In this document: positions 1 to 13,214 of the stretch, piece by piece | Numbering within the stretch: position 1 is the stretch's first letter | How the letters are laid out: the number at the start of each line of letters is the position of its first letter | Assembly (NCBI RefSeq): GCF_963921235.1 | Contig: NC_086108.1 | Location: 36,148,001-36,212,000, forward strand | Length of the DNA: 64,000 nt | Source of the DNA: Mobula hypostoma | Taxonomy: Eukaryota | Reading direction: 5' to 3' | Translations under genes and position numbers: made by a program | Notes under the pieces: model-generated | What the model was told of the DNA's origin: nothing | Databases searched by the model: none | The model's input: the letters and a program-made list of their open reading frames with translations, nothing else

Positions 1-1822
1 GTGGGCCTCAAACCAGTTAGCAGACTTACTGTCTTTTTCCAAAGGTGGATATCGCTGTGTTGTAGATGGTGTCCTGCAGGTTTTCCCATCTCTTGCTGAC
101 ATTGGTGTTGGGAGAGCCAGGCAGAGCTTCCTCCAGGCTTGCACAAACACTGCTATCTTTACAGGGTCACGAGTATTGCTGGTGTCGATGTGTGCCCTCC
201 CTTCCCTTCTAGAATGATGAAGTATTCTTGGCTGAAGTTTTACCTTCCTGCACACAAGGGAGTGGTCAGTGTGGCAATTTGCACTCTGGTAACTACGTGT
301 CACCTTGACAGTGTTGAAGACTGCTGCATCTTGTGAGGATGAGATCAATATAGTGACAATGTTTGGAACACGGATATCTCCATGACACTTTGTGCTGAGG
401 TTTGGTGTTGAAGAAGGTGTTAGTAATACAGAGGTCATGTTGGCAGCAGAGTTCAAGGAGGCGCTGGCTGTTTTCATTCATCTTTCCAGTTCTGAACTGT
501 CCCAAGCAGGAGGGCTAGCTGTGGTGGTCACTGCCAGCTCTTGCGTTAAAGTCGTTGAGAATGAATAGTGGCTCTCAAGAAGGGACTTCTTTGATGGCAA
601 CACTGAGTTCATCATAGAACTTGTCCTTAGCTTCCTGGGTAGAGGTTAATGTAGGCACATAAGCACTGGTAATGCTAACTAGGCCCACAGACATTTGAAG
701 CTGAATCCTGAGCAGTTTTCAGTTCCTTCAGTTGGTGGTATGATGGTGCCAACTAGGCTGTTTCTTCTGGCAAAGCCAGCATCATGCTCCCTAGGCTCTT
801 CTGGTAGCTTTCCATGACAGATGAAGGAGAAGTCTTCCTCTCAAAGACTTCCAGAGAAAGAGAGCCTTGTTTTGTTGAAGGGCAATGACGCCAATCTGCA
901 GTCTGCTCATTTCGTTGTTGATGACTGCTGTCTTGTGGACGTTGCTTATATCTTGCAGGTTTTCTGTAAGGGCTGGTGTCATGGTCCGTACATTCCAAGT
1001 ACCTTTCTTGAGGGCTGGATACTTTTGACGTTTCCTTTTATTGCCAGGTGTAAGGTTATCGATCCATCTGTCAGGGGTTCCCTGAGTCTTACACACGCAG
1101 TGGAGCAAGTGGGCCGTGGTGAGGCAGCACCTACTTGCCTGGGGACTGCCCAGCTTGAGGTCCTAGGGGCTCTCCCACCATTAGAAGCAGCCCCTGATGC
1201 TTCACTCTATGCCAATCGAGTGCAGTGGCTTATCACTGGTAACTGCTGCTTCCTGTGTTGTGTCAATGCTGAGTAGTGATGTTGGGGTGTCCTCCAGGGC
1301 ACAAGCCTGGGCGGGAGGATTTGAAGAACTGACTGTTGCCCGTGCAGCGGGTTTCCCTTCTCCACATCACTGAGGTAGTCCAAGGGTAGGGCAAGCTCTG
1401 ATATAGTTTGGCACCAGTGTTGTCACAGAGGTTGTCAGAGTGAAGTTGTTAACAACATCAAACTGCCTTGGGGACCCCAGCTCTGGATTTCTTCCTTGGG
1501 GTTTACTCCCAAAGACTTTCCCATGAGTGGGTATGGCTGCAAGGCAGCGGAGCTTTAAAATTAGAGTTTTCCTTCTTTTAGGCGGGCTGCCGTCCAAGGC
1601 TGACGGACCCCACTTGCCGGAAGCAGCAGGTTTTGAGGCGCCAGTGGTCTGCCTTTGCCCCTTCTCTTGTCAGTAGAAACAGTTCTGCTGGGCCTAGTAG
1701 CTAAGCCACACGTGAAGGCCAAGAGTTGGACTTGGTTGTCAGAAGCTGTTAGAGACGTGTGCCATTTGGAGCACTTTATAGTTAGTGGAAATCTCTTTCA
1801 ATACCTCCAGTAATATAGCCCC
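1..1822 (-). mobile_element. RTE-clade LINE, 5' UTR plus degenerate endonuclease domain; runs off the window edge
   Basis: ORF fragments GTWNVRTM...LQDISNVHKTAVINNE and GKMNENSQRLLELC...LCITNTFF...HKVSW...IDLIL are typical of the RTE APE domain; the 5' part is homologous to 18440-18890. Confidence 0.85.
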
Positions 1823-2139
1823 ATTCAGTGCTCCAGGGTAGAAAATTCTGGATATTCGTCACCCTCTGCAAGAAGAAATTCTAACACACCAGAGTTTTAA
1901 ATGACCACTCCCCATTCTTGGTACATGTCTCCTGATTTGAGATTGTCCCACTAGTGGAAACACCTCAATATTTACCTTTCTATGTTCCTTAGAATTGTAA
2001 ATGTTTCAATAAAATCACCTGTCATTCTTCTTAATTCCTATTAGTGCAGATCCAGAAGTTGTTTGTGGTAGAACCACACTCTTGTCTTGGGCTAGCATGG
2101 TGAATCTTTTCTCAACTGCCTCCGACTCTGATATCTCCT

Positions 2140-2360
2140 CTGTTGTTGTTGACTGCCGTTGAGTTGTCATCGACTTATGGCGGCCCTATGGATACTGGAA
2201 TTGTCCATTGGGTTTATGTGGCAAAATAGGGAAGTAGATTGCCAGGCCTTCCTTCCATGCAGATACTGCTGCTGCCCAGGTTGGGACCTGGCCGGATTCG
2301 AACTCAGGACCATCTGCCTCAAAGTCCAGTACTGATGCCACGACACCACTGGCCAGCCCA
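2140..2360 (-). mobile_element. tRNA-derived SINE with RTE-type 3' tail
   Basis: Minus strand has A box TGGTGTCGTGG, B box GAGTTCGAATCC and tail ...CCATAAGTCGATGACAACTCAACGGCAGT(CAA)n; 9-bp TSD ATATCTCCT at 2131-2139 and 2361-2369. Confidence 0.85.
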
Positions 2361-2597
2361 ATATCTCCTTTAAAGATCCCTTACTCCTGTTCTATCTTTT
2401 ATGTGATAACCAACCTTCAATCCATGTTAACATATTCCTTCCAGTAATGTGAGCAATAGGCAACAGCCATTTATATAGCACCTTATTAAATGCCTTGTGC
2501 AAGCCCAAAAATCCTTGCATCTGCAGCTACACTACTTGTTGCATCCTTAAAAAACTCTGAGCAAATTTGTCAAATGTAAATTTCCTGTCATTAATCA

Positions 2598-3753
2598 TGG
2601 CAGACCACAGTTTGTGCGGTTTCAGAGCTGTGTGTCAGACGTGGCTATAAGCAGCACTGGGGCCCCACCGGTATTGGCTCTCTTCCTGTTTACCCTTCAC
2701 ACCTTGGACTTTAGGTACAACACTGAGTCACGTCATCTGCAGAAATTCTCTGATGACTCAGCAATAGTTGGGTGTACAAAAGGAGGACGGGGAATGAATA
2801 CAGGGCCCTGGTTGAGGTCTTAGACAAATGGTGCAAGCTTAATCATCTGCAGCTCAACATCAGTAAGACAAGGAGATGATGATGGACTTCAGGAAGACCA
2901 AGTTTGTACTGCTCTCTCTTACTATGATGGTGAGAACGTGGATGTGGTGAGGACCTACAAGTACCTGGGGGTGCACCTGGATGACCGACTTGAGTGTGTG
3001 TAACACAGAGGCTGTGTAAAAGAAAGCCAGAGTCACCTCTACTTCCTGAGGAGACTCAGGTCCTTTGGAGTATGCAGGCTTCTTCATGTGTTCTACCAAT
3101 CTGTTGTCACTAGTACAATTTTCTGTGCAGTGGTGTGCTGGGGCAATGACATCAACAAGGGTGATGCCAACAGGATCAATAAACTAGTTAGAAAGGCGGA
3201 CTCTGTTATAGGAGTCAACCTGGACATTGTGGAAGCTGTGGTAGAACAAAGGACCCTCCAGAAAATCTTGGCAGCTCTGTGTACTATGCTTCTCACCCTC
3301 TGCATGCCACCTTGGCTGAACAGAGGAACACTTCTAGTAGTAGACTAAGACAACTGCACTGCTCCAAAGAGCACTGTATGAGGTCATTTTTATCCTCAGC
3401 CAATAGGCTGTATAATGAGCCAACCTATAGGTGGAGAAGTGATGACCCCCTCCTGTTAGACTGTTATTAATCTCTGTTTACCACACCCTCCTGTTGAGGA
3501 CACCCTGTGCAATGCTATGCAATACCACTATCGCTTCTTAACTGGATGGTGTGAATCTACACACATTACTGTATAATACTACGGTAATTCTATCATGTTG
3601 TACGCCTTGATTTGTAAATATTGTACATCTTATTTTTAAGGTAACTTATTTTTTATTCTTTCCTACTTCTCATCTAATATTTGTATTTCTGTGCACTTGC
3701 AATGCTACTGTGACACTAATTTCCTTGGGATCAATAAAGTATCTACCTGTCTA
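2598..3753 (+). mobile_element. Rex1/Babar-like LINE, 5'-truncated and degenerate
   Basis: HLQKFSDDSAIVG RT motif; MFYQSVV.STIF.AVVCWG C-terminal motif; ends GATCAATAAAGTATCT. Confidence 0.8.
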
Positions 3754-5456
3754 TTAATTTGTCTTAACTTGGTGTGATTATGTTAAGCTTCTCTGAATGA
3801 CAATCTGTTATTTTCTACTTCACAGCATTTGTTGTGTATTAATTCCCCAGCCCTCTGGGGTCCCACTCTTATCTTGGCTACCCATCTTTTGATACAGGAG
3901 TGTGTTGTACACTCTTATTTACTCCACTTGTCTAGAAGAATGCATTTCCAGTTGCCTTCACAAAGGATCAGAATAGAAGCATCTGATTTAGTATTAAACA
4001 TTGAACAACTTTATAGGTGTTATGCAATGGCTGCAAGATGAATCAACTCCAAGAGTGTCTCAGCTGACCAAACTGTAAAAACCATTTTCAGAATATATGG
4101 CCTTGCTGAAGAATAAAGGCAATGTGGGAATCTTCCCAATTACAAGTTCCTCTCCAAGTTAGTTTCAGCCCTGACTCCTTATCTAGCAGCGTTGTAGCAA
4201 TAGTTCTACTGTATGGACTCCACCATCAGAAAAGGAATGAAGATTAATAAATGTAGTCAGTAAATGATGTCCTTGTTAACTGTATTGAAATAAAATGCAA
4301 AGTGCATTGATTTAGCCAATGTGACACTTTCCTCTAACCCCATCCCAGAAATATTAGTTGTGCTCGTGTTTTTCAGTATTTTTCAGGTATGTGTCAGAAA
4401 TATTCAATGTAGCACTTTGGTGGCAATGGGGGTATACTTGTCTTCACTTTAAAATGGACTGAAGGCAGATATTTAAAAAAAAAGATATAATGCACACTGT
4501 ATAGTTTCCCATGTATCACTTGCAAGTGACCTTAATCTGAGTTAAAGCAAGTTTGTTCACACAGGCAGTTAGTTTCTACAGATTGTTGATAAATAAATAC
4601 AGATGAAATTATCAGCAGTATATTAGCTGAGGCAGGGGTGTTTTGGGAGATGTTCTGGGGTATGTCAACAGGGCATGGAGTTTTCAAGTGGATAGTGCAG
4701 ACTGTGGCTTTGGGCTTCGCAAGTGTGTTGAAAGTCCATGCAAGTTAAATCTGTGAATGTCCTTCATACTTAACTACAAATTTAAAACTTCTGTTTTTTT
4801 ATTGATGTGATTTATACATTGAAATGTTTAACTTGACTCTCAGATATCATTATTTTCTCTTTAGTTGACGATTTCATCAATTACAATAGATGATGAAATA
4901 GCAAATCTGTAGGGATTTTGAGCTTTCTGTGTTAGCTTTCTTAAGTATGGAATTGCATCCAATTGGAATGCACAATTTCTGGATTAGCAGATTTGGAAGA
5001 TTATGGGTTCAGCTATTTCCTCAGTTTCTGTTAAGGCCCAAAGATATACACTGGAGTTTCTAGCTAATATTAACTGTAAGCTCCACTCCTAATGTATACA
5101 ACTTACAGATTAATTTATCTGGAAGTTGTATACATTAGCTTTTAGTTACATGTGCAGCATGGTGTAATAATTTCCCTTGCTGCTGAGAGAAAGGAAATAA
5201 GAGTTGTTGGAAGATCCTCCAATTCCCTTGTATAGGAGACAGTTTTTTTGAATCCATACTTTGAGAATGAAATGCTTGTAGAGAAGTCAAAAGGAGGGAG
5301 GGGCGAATGAAATTTATTTTGAAAATAATCAAAATAATAGGAGAGAGAAAGTATTTTAAATTATGTATGGAGTGAAGTTACCATTAGAGTAATTGTTATT
5401 AAAGCAGTGAGATTTGATGTTTATTTTAAATACGGACTTCTGTTTCCAATTTTTAG

Positions 5457-5672
<216 letters not shown>

Positions 5673-7808
5673 TAGTTGCTTATCTGTGCAAGTCCATGTT
5701 TACCACCAGTTAGTTCATGGTCTTCTGTGACTTAGGCATCTCAAGGATCCCCGAAGATCCCAAAGCAGTGCTTATTCACTGTAGTCAAAGTCTGGGAATC
5801 AAAATTTTTTGAATGTCGTAATGCAGGAATTTCTGGCATGCCTTCCTCTATGGCAGGTACCTTCTGTAATATTTTATGATCTTTTGCTACATCTGCCCTG
5901 GGACTATTCAGTGGATTTCTTTGCGGAACTTTATTCCTTATGTGTGTACTTATCTGGATTAGTTACAGTACTACTGTGTGTAGAATCAAAATTCTTATTT
6001 TTCTGATGACTTTGGTGTTTTGATGACTTCCCCTTCCTTTAGCAAATATTTTTAACTAACATTTTTAGTTCTTGAAGTTTGATGACAACTTATGGAGAAC
6101 TGCTTATCAAAGATCGACAGCTTTGATGTGTTTTTGTATTAACTGGAGCCTTGGTAACTTAATCAATAGTGAACTGTTCTGTTCTTAGCTCCCTACGTAG
6201 ACCATGTAATCTGTAATTGGATATTGAATTTACTTTATTTCTTACAACATTCACATACATGCATAAAAATCTTTACGTTATGTCTCCATCTAACTGTGCA
6301 ATGTGCAATCATAGTAATATATAATAATTTATAATAAATAGAACAGTCAATGTAATATAGAGTACACTCAAATCAGCGTGAGTTAATCAGTCTGATGGCC
6401 TGTGGAAGAAGCTGTCCCGGAGCCTGTTGGTCCTGGCTTTTATGCTGCTGTACCGATTCCCAGATGGTAGCAGCTGGAGTAGATTGTGGTTGGGGTGACT
6501 TGGGTCCCCAATGATCCTATGTTTTTTACACACCTGCCCTTGTAACTGTCCTGAATCATGGGAAGGTCACAACTACAGATGCGCTGGGCTGTCTGCACCA
6601 CTCTCTGCAAAGTCCTGCGATTAAGGGAGGTACAGTTCCCATACAGGGCAGTGATGTAGCCAGTCAGGATGCTCTCAGTTGTGTCCCAGTTGAAAGTTCT
6701 TGGGATTTGGGGGTGCATACCAAACGTCTTCAACTGTCTGAGGTGAAAGAGGCGCTGTTGTGCCTTTTTCACCACACAGCTGGAGTGTATAGACCACGTG
6801 AGGTCCTCGGAGATATGGATGCCGAGGAACTTAAAGCTGTTTACCCTCTCAACCCCAGATCCATTGCTGTCAATAGGGGTTAGGCAGTCTCCATTCCTCC
6901 TGTAATCCACAACCAGCTGCTTTGTTTTGGCGACGTTGAGGTAGAGGTCGTTTTCTTGACACCACTGTGTCAGAGAGATGACTTCTTCCCTGTAGGCCAC
7001 CTCATTATTGTTTGAGATTAGGCCAATCAATGTAGTGTTGTCAGCAAATTTAATTGGCAGATTAGAGCTGTGGGTGGCGACATAGTCATGGGTATACAGG
7101 GAGTAAAAGAAGGGGACTTAGTACGCAGCCCTGAGGGGGTCTTGTATTGAGAGTCAGAGAGTTGGAGGTGAGGGAGTCCACTCTTACAACCTGCTGCCGA
7201 TCTGACAGGAAGTCCAGGATCCAGCTGCACAAGGCAAGGTCAAGGCTGAGGTCTCTGAGCTTCTTGTGGAGTTTGGATGGAACTGTGGTGTTGAATGCTG
7301 AACTGTAGTCCAAGAACAGCATTCTCACATAAGCGTCCTTTTCTCCAGATGTGTAAGGACGTTACGTAGAGCAGTGGCTATTGTGTCGTCTGTTGATCGG
7401 TTGTGTCGGTAGGTGAATTGTCCAGTTTGGGTGGTAGCAAGCTGCAGCTATACTCTTTTTTTTAAAATCTTTTTATTGAATAAGTATACAAAAAGGTAAG
7501 CCATATAAACATTAATACAATGTTAAAATATAATAAAATTACAGAAGGTATCAATACCAAAAAAGAATACTACAAACAATGTAATTTAAACATAAGAAAC
7601 CAAGATAACATAATAGTATACTAGATTTTATATATATATCAATAGAAAAAAAGAAAAAAAAAACCCCAAAAAAAAACCCACCGTGCAACTAACTAAAAGC
7701 AAAGCAAAGCAATGGGCTAACTTGAAACCAAACAGAGTTAAACTTAAAATCACGTCCTCAATCCTGACCTCCATTAAAAATAGTGAAAAAAAACAAGAAG
7801 GGTATATA

Positions 7809-10800
7809 TTACATTAAATGAAAATATCGAATAAAAGGTCCCCAAATCTGTTCAAATTTAAATGAAGAATCATAAAGGTTACTTCTAATTTTCTCCAGAT
7901 TCAAACATAAAATCGTCTGAGAGAACCAAAAAAAGGTAGTTGGAGCATTAAGCTCTTTCCAATGTTGTAAAATACATCTTTTCGCCATTAAAGTAAGAAA
8001 TGCAATCATTCTACGGGCTGAAGGGGAAAGATTACTAGAAATTTTAGGTAGTCCAAGGATAGCAGTAATAGGGTGAGGAGAGATATCTATATTTAATACC
8101 TTAGAAATAATATTAAAAATATCTCTCCAAAAAGTTTCCAAAGTAGGGCAAGACCAAAACATATGAGTTAAAGAGGCTATCTGCCCCGAACATCTATCAC
8201 AAAAAGGATTAATATGCGAGTAAAAACGCGCTAACTTATCTTTAGACATATGTGCTCTATGAACCACTTTAAATTGAATTAGGGAATGTTTAGCACAAAT
8301 AGAGGAAGTATTAACTAATTGTAAAATCTGCCCCCAATCATCCACAGAAATGGTAAGCCCCAATTCCTGTTCCCAATCTACCCTAATCTTATCAAATGGA
8401 GCTTTCCTAAGTTTCATAATAATATTATAAATCATAGCCGATGCACCTTTCTGACATGGATTGAGGTTAATTATCGAATCTAAAATATATGTAGGAGGAA
8501 GCATTGGAAAGGAAGAAAGTATAGTACTTAGGAAATTTCTAACTTGTAAATATCTAAAAAAAATGTATTCTTGATAAGTTATATTTATTAGATAATTGTT
8601 CAAAAGACATAAGGGAACCATCTAAAAATAAATCCAAAAACTGTAAAATACCCTTAGTCTTCCAAGTTTGAAAAGCGCGATCCGTAAAAGAGGGAGGAAA
8701 AAATATGTTACCTAAAATAGGAATCGCTAACCCGAATTGATTAAGATCAAAAAATTTTCTGAATTGAAACCAAATGCGCAAAGCATATTTAACTATCGGG
8801 TTAGAGACCTGCTTAAGGCGTTTCGAATCAAAAGGGAGAGAGGAGCCTAAAATAGAGCCAAGTGTATAACCCTGAACAGATTGTAGTTCCAATGCTACCC
8901 ATTTAGGAATAGATAGTATGTCCTGATCAAGTAACCAAAATTTCATATGTCGAATATTAATAGCCCAATAATAGAATCTAAAGTTAGGTAATGCTAAACC
9001 TCCATCTCTCTTAGCTTTCTGTAAATGTATTTTACCCAGTCTCGGATTCTTATTCTGCCAAATAAATGAAGAAATTTTAGAGTCAACTTTATCAAAGAAA
9101 GATTTTGGAACAAAAATTGGTAATGCCTGAAACACATATAAAAATTTTGGCAAAAAAAACATCTTAACTGCATTAATACGACCAATCAAAGTTAAATATA
9201 AGGGAAACCATTTAGATGAAAGTTGAGTAATATGGTCTATTAATGGTAAAAAGTTAATCTTAAATAAATCTTTATATTTACAAGTAATTTTAATCCCAAG
9301 ATAAGAAAAATAATTATCAATCAATTTAAATGGAAATTTATAATATAAGGGAAGATGTTTATTAATCGGAAAGAGTTCACTCTTACTAAGATTTAATTTA
9401 TAACCTGAAAAAAAAACCAAATTGTGCTAATAACTCTAAAACAGCAGGAATGGATTTCTCAGGATTAGAAATATATAAAAGTAAATCATCAGCATAGAGT
9501 GATAATTTATGGGACTTTAATCCCCGAGTTATCCCAGTAATATTTGAAGATTCTCGAATGGCAATTGCAAGAGGTTCTAATGCAATATCAAATAATAGGG
9601 GACTAAGAGGACAGCCTTGTCGAGTACCTTGAAAGAGAGGAAAAAAAGGTGAGTTTAAAGAGTTAGTACGAACCGAGGCTACAGGGGAATGATATAACAG
9701 TTTAATCCAGGATATAAATTTCAAGCTAAAATTAAACATTTCAAGCACCTTAAATAAATAAGGCCATTCTACTCTATCAAAAGCTTTCTCGGCATCTAAA
9801 GAAATAACACACTCAGGAACATTTTGTGAGGAAGTATAAACGATATTTAACAATGTACGAATATTATAAAAAGAGTAACGACCTTTAATAAAACCCGTTT
9901 GGTCTTCCGAAATAATAGAAGGAAGTACTTTTTCTAGTCTATTTGCTAATAACTTAGAAAAAACTTTAGAATCAACATTTAATAAAGATATTGGTCTATA
10001 AGATGCACATTGAGCAGGGTCTTTATCCTTCTTTAGTATTAAAGAAATTTACGCTCTATTAAAAGATTCAGGAAGTTTACCAAGTTTCAGAGAAGCCTCA
10101 AAAACCCTACAGAGCCAAGGGATCAATAAAGAAGCAAAACATTTATAAAATTCAACGGTAAACCCATCCGGGCCAGGAGCTTTCCCCAGATTCATAGAAA
10201 AAATAACATTCTTAATCTCATCCATAGTAATGGAAGTATCTAATAAAGAAGACATATCCTGTGAAATCTGAGGGAAGTCTAACTTATCTAAAAAATCATT
10301 CATATATTTAGAATCTCGAGGAGACTCTGATTGATATAAAGAAGAATAAAAATCACAAAAGGTTTGATTAATCCCCACATGATCCAGTATCAATCGATCA
10401 TTTTGGTTATAAATCTGATTGATTTGAGATTTAACATAATTAGATTTCAATTGATTAGCCAGCAGCTTGCCAATTTTGTCACTGTGAACATAAAATTCAC
10501 TTCTTGTTTTCTTTAATTGGTTTACAATCGAGGACGAGAGTAGTAAACTGTGTTCCATTTGAAGTTCAGTTCTTTGTTTGTATAACTCCTCAGAAGGAGC
10601 CATAACATATTTCTTATCAATTTCTTTAATCTTGTCCACAATTGCCATCTCCTCCTGCTTCTGTTTCTTCCTCAAAGCAGCAGAATACGAAATAATCTGA
10701 CCACGAATATAGGCTTTAAAAGTGTCCCAAAGAGTGTTAACCGAAATATCCTCTGTATGATTAATTGTAAAAAAAAGCTCAATCTGTTCATTCATAAAGT

Positions 10801-11588
10801 TAACAAAGTCCGAGTCCTGAAACAACAGCGAATTAAAACGCCATTGTCTATTATTTTGTATATTGGCCATAATTTTAATAGAAAGCTTAAGTGGAGCATG
10901 ATCCGAAATGGTTATAGAATCATAATCACATTTAATCACTGAAGGAATAAGACGAGAATCAATAAAAAAATAATCAATTCTTGAATAGGAATGATGAACA
11001 TGTGAAAAGAAGGAAAAATCTTTTTCCTGAGGATGCAGAAAACGCCAAATGTCCGTCGACCCAGAATCAGAAAGGAAAAAGTTAATCAAATTTGCAGATT
11101 TATTAGGTAAGGTCCGTAAAGGAGCCGAACGGTCCAAAGCTGGAGACAAACAGGTATTAAGATCTCCGCCCCAGATCAATGAAAACTCGTTCAAATTCGG
11201 AAACTGATTAAACAATGATTTATAAAATTCCGGACAATCCATATTAGGAGCATAAACATTAACCAAAACTACTTTTTTATTAAATAGTAAACCACTAACC
11301 AATAAAAATCTACCATTCGGATCAGAAATAATATCCTGTTGTATAAAAGTAACTGAGGAATCTATAAAAATACAGACGCCTCGAATCTTAGCATTGGAGT
11401 TCGAATGAAATTGTTGTCCCTTCCAGAATTTAAAAAAAACGTAGTCTGTCCCCCCTCCATACATGGGTCTCTTGTAAAAATAAAATTTGTGCTTTAAGTT
11501 TCCGGAACACTTTAAAAACTTTTTTCCTTTTAATAGGATGATTAAGGCCGTTAGTATTCCAGGAGACAAAATTAATAATAGACTCCAT
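7809..11588 (-). pseudogene. L1 ORF2 (EN-RT-CCHC), disrupted by a few frameshifts and one stop
   Basis: Starts MESIINFVSWNTNGLN; GGDLN, SRIDYFF, SDH (EN); KAPGPDG, SLDAEKAFDRV, GTRQGCPLSP, LYADD (RT); CDRC...HMFWSC knuckle; TAA at 10049-10051; frameshifts near 11450, 9410 and 8560. Confidence 0.93.
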
Positions 11589-12314
11589 AAATCCTAAAGT
11601 CAACCCACAGCGAAGAGGATTGACGATAGGCTCGACCCACGAACCCGAAGAGGAAACAGAACATACAAAAGATACCTGGAAAAAGGACGCAACCAGTACT
11701 TCAATAATGTATATAGCCCAAAGAGAAAAAAACTAAAACGTGAAGCCCCTCCCGCCACCCTCCGCCCCAAGACCCCAAGGCAAAATCTAAAGCAGACCCG
11801 CCCGAAAGAAGCAAGCGCTAAAACTACCCCCATGACTTCCGGTATACGCTCCCTAAAAAAAAGGTATAAATATGAAAAAGATCAGCTAATTGTAAAACAG
11901 TAAAAAAGTAAAAAAAAAGGTAACTCAATTAAAATACACACACAACAGAACAAAAGCCAGAAAATATATATATTAAAAAAAAACCACAATAAACCCCAAA
12001 CCCATGAATAAACACAACAACAACAAGAAAAAATAAGATTATTGACATAAACTAGTTATAAAAAGCAAAACAAAATAAAATTTAAAAAAAACTACAAAAT
12101 TTAAGGCCACACAGGAAATACGTAAGATGACAAAAAGGAAGTAACCACCCAGAATCCCCTGGGAAAAGAAAGAAATGACGCAGTTAAAAAGAAAGTTTAG
12201 CAACCATATTAAGAAATCAAAAATAAACTTTTCTGCCCAAATAGGGCACGAAAAAGTTAAAACCAACCAATTCACAGCCTCCGATCAACGGAGATAATTA
12301 AAAGAAAATAGCAA

Positions 12315-13214
12315 TTAAGATGTTGAAGGTGAAAATTGATCCAGATAACTCTGGGCATCCGATGGAGAATCAAAAAAACGAAGGGCTCCATCTGACATGC
12401 GAATCCTTAGACGTGCAGGGTACAGCAGCGCTGGTCTTAAATCCATCTTATAGAATTCCGACATCACAGATCTGTAGCGAACCCATTGGTCCCAGATTGG
12501 TTTACTGAAATCTTCCACGAATCGGAACTTAAGATCCGAAAAATCAATGAAACCTTTAGATCGAGCGAATCGAAACAGTCTCTCCTTGTCTTGAAAGTAA
12601 TGAAAACGTAAAATAACATGCCTAGGTCTATCTGACCTAGACGAGTATGATGGGATTCTGTGAACACGATCCAGTAGCGGTGGTTGGTCAGGAAATACAG
12701 TAGGGAATGCATCTTTTAAAAGTTGAGAAAAAAACTTCATGGGGTTGTTAGATTCAACAGCTTCACGCACCCCAATCATTCGTAAATTCTGCCGTCGCAT
12801 TCTAGATTCCAAGTCAGAGTTTTTAAAAGTCAGAAAGTCAAGTTTCTTCTTCATTACATTAATTGTTTCTTCGATTTTCCCCATCTTAAGCTCACTTTGT
12901 TGCGCGGATTTTTGAAGATCAGATATAGCCGACTGATGTTCCGCAATAGATGTTTGCATCTTATCAATTGAATCGGCAATTTTCTGGAGATTAATTGAGA
13001 TTTCCGTATGAATCAGGTCCTTAACAGAGTCTGCAATTTCCGTACGAATCATCTCCCTAACAGAGGTTGAAATTTCCCTCTGAATTAACTCCGATATAGC
13101 TTTCAAAGTCACCGGTGATTCAGTCGGAGGGAAATCCATACCTTTCGGTTTAACCGGAGGTTTACCATCCTTGCCGTTTTTCCCGTTCTTAGACATAGCA
13201 GATCTAAGTTTCAT
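12315..13214 (-). CDS. L1 ORF1p (coiled coil + RRM/CTD, Transposase_22-like), intact, 299 aa
   Basis: LESRMRRQNLRMIGVRE, LDRVHR, PRHVILRFHYFQDKE, EDFS, LLYPARLRI motifs. Confidence 0.92.
   Translation of the reverse strand: MKLRSAMSKNGKNGKDGKPPVKPKGMDFPPTESPVTLKAISELIQREISTSVREMIRTEIADSVKDLIHTEISINLQKIADSIDKMQTSIAEHQSAISDLQKSAQQSELKMGKIEETINVMKKKLDFLTFKNSDLESRMRRQNLRMIGVREAVESNNPMKFFSQLLKDAFPTVFPDQPPLLDRVHRIPSYSSRSDRPRHVILRFHYFQDKERLFRFARSKGFIDFSDLKFRFVEDFSKPIWDQWVRYRSVMSEFYKMDLRPALLYPARLRIRMSDGALRFFDSPSDAQSYLDQFSPSTS

Noticed and set aside
1620..1822. HDV-like ribozyme in the RTE 5' UTR (also 18700-18894); a TTCACGT loop and a GGCTTAG-CTA-CTAGGCC hairpin are present
   Set aside because: Could not build the nested double pseudoknot (P1/P1.1/P2 and catalytic C) by eye; needs a covariance-model or descriptor search.
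2290..2360. tRNA gene
   Set aside because: A and B boxes only; it is the head of a TSD-flanked SINE and no complete cloverleaf was found.
3760..5450. Possible conserved non-coding element or snoRNA in unique AT-rich intron sequence (also 33100-34950)
   Set aside because: No convincing C/D or H/ACA architecture; conservation cannot be assessed without alignments.
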